Assembly: GCA_964016885.1 (NCBI GenBank)
Contig: OZ024755.1
Coordinates: forward strand, 17,484,001-17,548,000
DNA length: 64,000 nt
Direction: 5' to 3'
Source: Eledone cirrhosa
Lineage: Eukaryota
The notes under the pieces are model-generated. The model searched no databases and was not told the origin of the DNA. It saw only the letters and a program-made list of their open reading frames with translations. Below, one piece after another: positions 53,930-64,000 of the stretch. Both the position numbers and the translations under genes were made by a program. The stretch's first letter is position 1. Each line of letters starts with the position of its first letter.

Positions 53930-54371
53930 ATTATTATTATTTTAAACAATTTACTTTTTTTCTTTCTATATTTTTTTTTTATTTTTATTTTAATTTAATG
54001 TTATCAAATATAAATTCAGGCGGAGTTTTATGCAATGTTTCTTTATACACTGGGACCAAAATGTATTTAAAATGTATTCTTGAAATAGTACACTTAATAC
54101 AGCATACCAAAATGTAAAACATATCCTTCTATCAGGAGACATTAGCTATTGAAAAGTAGAAAGCAATTCAAATTTCTTGTAGAAAAAAATAAGAGAAAAT
54201 TTGAGCTAGTGCTACCAAATCCGGATTCAGGAAAAAAGTTTTCATGATTTCATTTTATACAAGTTGCTTGTATTTTTTTTGGTTTTTTCAAGGAGATAGA
54301 CTTATTGTATATGTAAGAAATATGTCTTTAACACACACATATGTATATATGTGTATATATATATATATATA

Positions 54372-54413
<42 letters not shown>

Positions 54414-54446
54414 ATATATGTATATATATATATATATGTGTGTGTA

Positions 54447-54485
<39 letters not shown>

Positions 54486-54639
54486 ATATATGTATATATA
54501 TATATATATATATGTGTGTGTATATATGTATATATATATATGTATATGTATGTGTGTGTATATATGTATATGTATATATGTATATATATATATATATGTA
54601 TATGTATATATATATATGTATGTATATATATATATGTAT

Positions 54640-54673
<34 letters not shown>

Positions 54674-54909
54674 GAATATGCATATATGTATATATATGTG
54701 TATATATATATATATATGTATATATGTATATATATATGTATATATGTATATATATATGTATATATGTATATATATATGTATATATGTATATATATATATA
54801 TATATATGTATATGTACATATGTATATATATGTATATGTATATATATATATGTTTCGTTTCTGAATTTGTTTAGCAAGATTCTTTATCTGAAAACGTGTG
54901 TTGAAACCG

Positions 54910-55085
54910 ATATTGTTATACTTTGGGAGGGTCATGTTGCCAATAAGAAACACACACACCAGTTGCTTTCACTCCAATTTATTATAAATTAAATTTATAA
55001 ATTTAATTTATAATAAATTGGAGTGAAAGCAACTGGTGCGTGTGTTTCTTATTGGCAACATGACCCTCCCAAAGCATAACAATAT
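54910..55085. repeat. Near-perfect 176-bp spacer-less palindrome
   Basis: Arms 54910-54997 and 54998-55085 with about 2 mismatches. Confidence 0.92.
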
Positions 55086-55122
55086 GTATATGTATATATG
55101 TGTATATGTATATATATATATG

Positions 55123-55170
<48 letters not shown>

Positions 55171-55220
55171 ATGTAAATAAATATACATGGGTGTGTATGA
55201 TTGTGTATAGAAGATTATAT

Positions 55221-55522
55221 TAATAAAAGGAATTCCAACTTTGTCTGATTAACTCGTTTTATTTACAATCCTCTAAAATTATAATGATATTATAATGGAA
55301 TAGTATGGTAGAATATTAAATGTTAATTGATCAGTGGTGACAGTCAAGTTTGCATTCAAACTTGACTGTCACCACTGAATATGAACCTGAAGATTGTGAA
55401 AGCATGAAAGTACTTGTTCAATTAACATTTAATATTCTACCATACTATTTCATTATAATATCATTATAATTTTAGAGGATTGTAAATAAAACGAGTTAAT
55501 CAGACAAAGTTGGAATTCCTTT

Positions 55523-55525
<3 letters not shown>
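55221..55525. repeat. Foldback element with about 110-bp arms enclosing a hairpin and a hammerhead motif
   Basis: Arms about 55221-55330 and 55418-55525. Inner hairpin 55331-55378. Confidence 0.9.
55382..55420 (+). ncRNA. Minimal type-I hammerhead ribozyme motif
   Basis: UGAAC-CUGAAGA-uUGU(GAAA)GCAu-GAAA-GUAC-UU-GUUCA: perfect 5-bp stem I, both core boxes, stem II with GAAA loop, palindromic stem III (AAGUACUU). Confidence 0.75.
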
Positions 55526-55585
<60 letters not shown>

Positions 55586-55713
55586 GTATATATATATGTA
55601 TATATATATATGTATATATATATATATGTATATATATATATGAATATGTATATATATGTATATATATATATGAATATATATATATATGTATATATATGTA
55701 TATATATATATGA

Positions 55714-55761
<48 letters not shown>

Positions 55762-56107
55762 GTAGGCACATGGCTTAGTGGTTAGAGCATTGGTCTTGCA
55801 ATCGACAGGTTGTGAGTTCAATTCTCAGACCGGGTGATGTGTTGTTTCCTTGAGCAAGACACTTTATTTCACATTGCTCCAGTTTACTCAGCTGTAGAAA
55901 TGAGATGATAGGCACTGGGGTCCATATCATTCCACTGCAAAGTGGTCGTGGAGGTGTCACGGCAAAAAAGCACCCAGCACTCACTGTAAATGAGGTTGGT
56001 GTTAGGAAGGGCATCCAGCTGTAGAAATCAAGCCAGAATCAGTTCCCGTCCCACCCTTGCAAGCAGGGAAAAAGCGACGTAAAATGAAATGATGATGATG
56101 ATGATGA
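55762..56107 (+). mobile_element. tRNA-derived SINE (same family as 1674-2028)
   Basis: Near-identical copy inserted in (TA)n. Confidence 0.88.
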
Positions 56108-58140
<2,033 letters not shown>

Positions 58141-58380
58141 CAGAGCTGATGGAAGTCCAACACACACCACATAAATAAATAGATAAATACATATATATAT
58201 ACATATATATATATGTATATATATGTAAATATATATATATATGTATATATATGTATATATATGTATTTATCTATTTATTTATTTATTTATGTGGTGTGTG
58301 TTGGACTTCCATCAGCTCTGACGATGAGTATTTCAGTTGTTGAAACAATGGATCAGGCAGCTCATCAAATTAACATATAT

Positions 58381-59437
58381 CAGGTGTACATCAGGGTTCA
58401 GTCCTCAGCCCGCTCTTGTTCATTCATTATAGTCCTCCAAGCCATAACAGAGGAGTTTAAGACTGGCTGCCCATGGGAACTTCTCTATGCTGATGATCTG
58501 GTTCTTATAGCAGAATCAGTAGAGGAGCTAGAGAATAAATTCTGGCTATGGGAACAGCAGTTGGAATCAAGAGGACTGAGAGTGAACATAGCTAAGACAA
58601 AAGTGTTGATATGTAGAAGAGAGGACAATACTCTGATTCCATCATGGAAATGGCCATGTTCGACATGTAGGAAAGGAACTGGCATAAATTCCATAAAATG
58701 TAAGCAATGCAGATCTTGGGTACACAAGAGATGTAGTGGGATAACAGGTAGGGAAAACTATGTATGCAGTAGATGTACAGGGAAAGTTGGCAGTAGTAAT
58801 CGCAGTGATAGATACATTTTTCCAATGCAGGCGGGTTATATAGAAGTCGTTGATAGCTTCCGGTACCTAGGTGATCAGATTAGCATGGGAGGGGGTGTTC
58901 CGAGGTCATAGTATCTAGAATAAGGATGGGTTGGAAGAAGTTTAGGGAGCTGCTTCCTCTGCTGACAAAGAAGGGTTTCTCCCTGCGTATGAAAGGACGG
59001 TTATATGATGCCTGTGTGAGGTGCGCGATGCTGCATGGTAGTGAGACATGGGCAGCAACTGCAGAAGATATGCTCCGTTGGATGTGCAATGTCAATGTGC
59101 ATGAACGACCAAGCATAGACGAGTTGAGAAAGAAACTGGGTATAAGAGGGATAAGTTGTGGTGTGCAGGAGAGAAGGATGAAATGTTATGGACATGTGAT
59201 GCGCATGGAGGATGACCGCTGGGTAAAGAAGTGCCAAGAAATCCCAGTAGAAGGAAGACGCGGTAGAGGTAGACTACGAAAAACATGGGCGGAGGTGGTG
59301 AGAGCAGACCTCAAATTGCTGAAACTCGCGGAGGAGATGACGAAGGACCGTGACAAGTGGAGAGATGCTGTGCTGAATAGGACCCGTCCCACCCTTGCAA
59401 GCAGGGAAAAGCGGACGTAAAATGATGATGATGATGA
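58381..59437 (+). mobile_element. 5'-truncated RTE-clade LINE (RT with frameshifts, Cys/His finger insert, (GAT)n tail)
   Basis: GVHQGSVLSP...LFIIVLQAITEEFKTGCPWELLYADDL, FRYLG, MLHGSETW, GHVMRMED, GRLRKTW, DRDKWR motifs. 3' end cccttgcaagcagggaaaagcggacgtaaaatgatgatgat. Confidence 0.92.
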
Positions 59438-62400
59438 TACACACACATATCTATATATGTACACACATATGTTTATATATATATATATGGTGTACCTAAT
59501 CTAAACCATATATATATATCTATATGGTTTAGATTAGGTACACCATATCCCTGTTTATTGTAAATAGCATCTAAACCCCCACTGACCAATGGGGTTCACA
59601 AACCATAGGTCCCCAACCACTAGACTGTAGCATTAGATCAAGACATACACTGCCACAAAGGGTTAAATAAAAAAGTACCAGTAATGCACTGGGTAATTGC
59701 TGGCCTTGTGCCAAACGTAGAAACAATTATTATTATAACATTTAATTAAGTATTTAGATTGGCAGAATTGGTAAAGCACCAATCAAAGGCTTTGCAGCAT
59801 TTGTTCTGCTTCTTTATGTTCTGATATAAAATCCATTCGAGGTCAATTTTTCCTTTCAAATATTAAGGTTGATATAATGTACTTTTCTCTTCCTCATTAT
59901 CCCCATTCACTCAATTACTGACATTGCACCTAAATTAAAAATAACATTATTACTAAAGAGTTTCAGAATAAGTGATGTATCACCTTTACCACTATCAAAG
60001 AGATGACTGTTGAAGTGAAATATAGCACAAACAAAAAGAAACTGTGATAACTTAAAAGTGTGTATCAATTTCTTTGAATGTTGATCGCAGTATAATATTT
60101 TAATACTATACATAGAAATTAAAGTCATCTAATTAATGTAATAAAAAACCTCAAAAACATTGGCTTAGTTTTACCTAAGATATATATTTTTCAAAACTGA
60201 ATGACTTCTACATATAAGTATCTATTCTATTTTTGTATAAAAGGGTATAATCTCTTATTAAAACCTATTATGTCAGATTACAAATATCTCAGAGTTATTC
60301 AGGAAAAAATTATTTTTGCTTTGATAATATTAGCTCTATGCCATAGATGCTGAGAAAAAGACATTTACTATTCTTCCTAAATCTATGTATTTTCAGTTCT
60401 AAGTCTTTCATGATATTTCACAAGTCCATTAACTCTTTTGTTGGCAAACTGGCTTGAAACTATTTCTAGCTCTGCAATACAAAGTTGGATATCTTAAAGT
60501 ATCATCATTGTCATCAGTTTTAACATCTTATTTTCCATACTTGCATGGGTTAGACGGGCGGGTTGTCCATGTTATGAGAGATGTATGGCCAGTTGGCTGC
60601 ATCATACTTTGCTCAAACAGAACTGTATTATGGCTGGGTATTTTTACAGCTGGATACCCTTCCTAATACCAACCACATTTACATGTATTATATTTATTAG
60701 GTGACATGACAAAAAGCACCCAGCCCTCATTGTAAAGTGGTCATGTAGGTGTCACAACAAAAAGCACCCTGTACATACTGTGAATACGGTTGACATTAGG
60801 AAAGAAATCTAGTCATAGAAAACAAACCAGAACCAGTTCTGTATGAGCAAGACATGGTCACCTGATCTGACTTGACTCACAATGAGACAATTCATCTAAC
60901 CCATGCTAGTGTGAAAAAGTGGACATAGAACGGTGATGATGAGGATGATCTAAAACCCTTCCATCATAATTTCATGTAAGAACCTTTTTTAAGTTATGTT
61001 CCAAACACCAGCTTAATATTTAAAAACTCAGTTATATTATTAAATTCTGCCAAATGAAAATAATGGGCAAGTCTTTAATAGAAATACTAGCAGAAAAACC
61101 ACCCTTCAGGTGGTTTTCTGCTTGCATGTGTAGTGTGTATATTCATATTATACCCAGGTATATACATAATATTGATATTATACGCAGGTATATATACATG
61201 TAGATATGATATATCAAATAAAATCGTAATTGACACTATATAATACATAGAAATTGAACGAAGACTGGGTTACACTGTCTTATTTAATCAGTAACATAAT
61301 CCATGATACATTAAAAAAGACAATATTATATATAAACTGCATTAGGAGAAAATTAGTATGTTTATTTAAGCAATGGCCAACCGGAAGTTGTTGACATTTC
61401 AGAAATTTTAAAGAAGTGAATCTTTAAATAAACAAAATATATTCAAGCCACAAAATTTAGTAGATAAATTATGTAATATTCATTCATTATTTATTCAAAG
61501 TAATCCAACTTATTTTACTAATGGGATAAAAAAAATTATAAACCGTACACAGTCCCGCGTTCCTCCCTTTATTACAGTTTAGATTGTAATGAAAAGGTAA
61601 AATTCTTTTTTTTTTTCTTGCACAAAAATTAGAAATTAGTTATTAATATAATTTATGTTAGTTGAACTAATTAATTCTCATGTAATTAGAATTTTGTTTA
61701 GTTATATATCTCAATATTACTAGTATTTTATTTTATCCACCCCATAAAGATGAAAGGCAAACCTAACGTTAGTGGTATTTGAACTCAGAACATAGAGGGT
61801 CATAACTATATATAATTAATAAGTTTACTTCACAACCATAAAGTTCCAGGTTCAATCCCATTGCATGAACGCTTGGGCAAGTTTTATTTACTAAAGCCTC
61901 AAGTCAACCCTAGCTCTGTGACTGAAGCCATTCGGAAGCTTGTCATCCTTGTCACATACTGTCTTATACTGTTTCTTCTTAAGAATTATGTCAAACAAGA
62001 CCTGTAAGTGAAATTGGGGAGACAGAAACCATTTCGAAGTTTGTCAGATGGATTCTACTCCTAATTCAAAGGGTCAGCCTTGTCACATACTATGTTATTC
62101 TGAATCCTCCTAAGAATAACGTTAAGGGTACACATGTCTGTGGAATGCTCAGACACTTGCATATTCATTTTATGAGCGGGCTGTTTCCATTACTTGTCAA
62201 CAAAACCTCTGAAGATTCATTCTATCTCACTAAAAATCTGAACGAAACTACAACAAAAATATATGAATATAAATACTCAGAACATGAAATAGTATTGGAA
62301 TGTTTAGAACTCGTTGAATGAAATAGTTATATTTGCCATGTAATTCTTAAGATTTTTCAAAAAGTTATTTTAAATCCAAATCTACTCACATCAGACAGAT

Positions 62401-62796
62401 CAAAGTTTCTTTCTGGTAAAGATTTTCAGTTACAGATTGCAGATATAGCTTTCTTAAGACAGCTGCCAATGACAGAATTTTTTTCAAAAGAGTAAAATAG
62501 ATTGCTGAACGAAATAAGAAGGATAATAGTTTAAAAATAAATAAATAGATAAATAAATAAATAAAATAATAAATAAATAAATAAATAGATAAAAAAATAA
62601 ATACATAAATAAAAAATGCAGTGGTGATGGCGGAAGACAGATGGGTGTAAAAAATTCTGCAACGGAACTAAGTGATATTTTCTCTTTCGTGATTAGTAAA
62701 AGATATTTCTTCAAAATTACATCTTTTCCCAAAATAAATTTCTAAGAATATGTTTCCTTGAATAACTGAATATTTCCCCATGTAGTTAATGAATTA

Positions 62797-62844
<48 letters not shown>

Positions 62845-62881
62845 CATATGAATGCATGAATCTTTGTGTGTGTATATACAG

Positions 62882-62931
<50 letters not shown>

Positions 62932-63322
62932 CATATATATATATGTGTGTGCATGTGTATATATATATATATGTGTGTGTATGTGTATATATATATATAT
63001 ATGTGTGTGTGTGTATATATATATATATATACATGCACACATACATATATGTGTTTCTAATAGAAAGTGTGGATCAAGAAAAAAGTATTTCATTATCTAC
63101 ATTCCATTTTACTCTTTGATGTTTTTTTTATTATATTTCAAATTGTAGTTTTTCTTCCAATATATATTGTTATCTGATATTCAAGCCATGTTTTATGTTT
63201 AAACTTCATGAACTGAGAACATTAGAAATAAGGATTTGAAATAAGTTAATATCTCTATATTTTTTCCAGTAAATTCTTGTGTTACTACTTTGAAAGAAAC
63301 AATATGTGTATATATGAATATA

Positions 63323-63411
<89 letters not shown>

Positions 63412-63451
63412 ATATATGAATATATATATGTATATGTGTGTGTGTGTGTAT

Positions 63452-63492
<41 letters not shown>

Positions 63493-63527
63493 TTCATATA
63501 TACACATATTGTTTCTTTCAAAGTAGT

Positions 63528-63575
<48 letters not shown>

Positions 63576-64000
63576 TGTATATATGAATATATATATATAT
63601 ATAGCATCATCATCATTTTAACATCCACTTTCCCTGCTAGCAAGTGTTGGACTATATATACATATGTATGTATATGTGTGTGCATATTTGAGTGTATATA
63701 CATACACAAACAAACATTGTGTATATTTAGCTTATCTTTGTGAACTTTTACGAAGTGCTGAGGGGATAAAGTTAATATACAGAGTGATGTGGTCAGGTGC
63801 AAAGATGCCATGAAATAGCTTATAATTAGGCTGAAGAGCCTTAAAGATTGAAAAAGTAATTGCCATCAAACCATATATCTCCCATATATATATGTATATG
63901 TACACATATATATATATATCATCATCATCGTTTTACGTCCGCTTTTCCCTGCTTGCAAGGGTGGGACAGGAACTGATTCTGGCTTGATTTCTACAGCTGG

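Noticed and set aside
61375-61395. CCGGAAGT ETS-type motif suggesting a downstream promoter
   Set aside because: A single 8-mer with no identifiable first exon or gene nearby.

Overview
AT-rich, microsatellite-saturated animal genomic DNA. The SINE/LINE landscape, with (TA)n arrays, (GAT)n-tailed tRNA-SINEs and RTE LINEs, suggests an octopod cephalopod (inference). The window holds the 3' part of one large plus-strand gene, a nesprin-1/SYNE1-like spectrin-repeat protein. I assembled by hand 12 phase-consistent AG/GT exons from 13115 to 51076 (2325 nt, 775 codons), plus a probable 63-nt exon at 53305-53367. No KASH exon is visible. Introns and flanks contain a full-length but disabled Tc1/mariner (maT/DD37D-like) transposon, RTE, Tx1, CR1 and R4 LINE fragments, several SINE families, TTAA-flanked MITEs and minisatellites. 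The most unusual signal is a recurring class of foldback (palindromic) elements embedded in (TA)n tracts. Several carry minimal type-I hammerhead ribozyme cores with palindromic stem III, the best at 55382-55420, 45842-45877 and a head-to-head pair at 24023-24140, as in Penelope-like elements/retrozymes. Most entries in the ORF track are microsatellite artefacts. All family assignments come from recalled motifs, not database searches.
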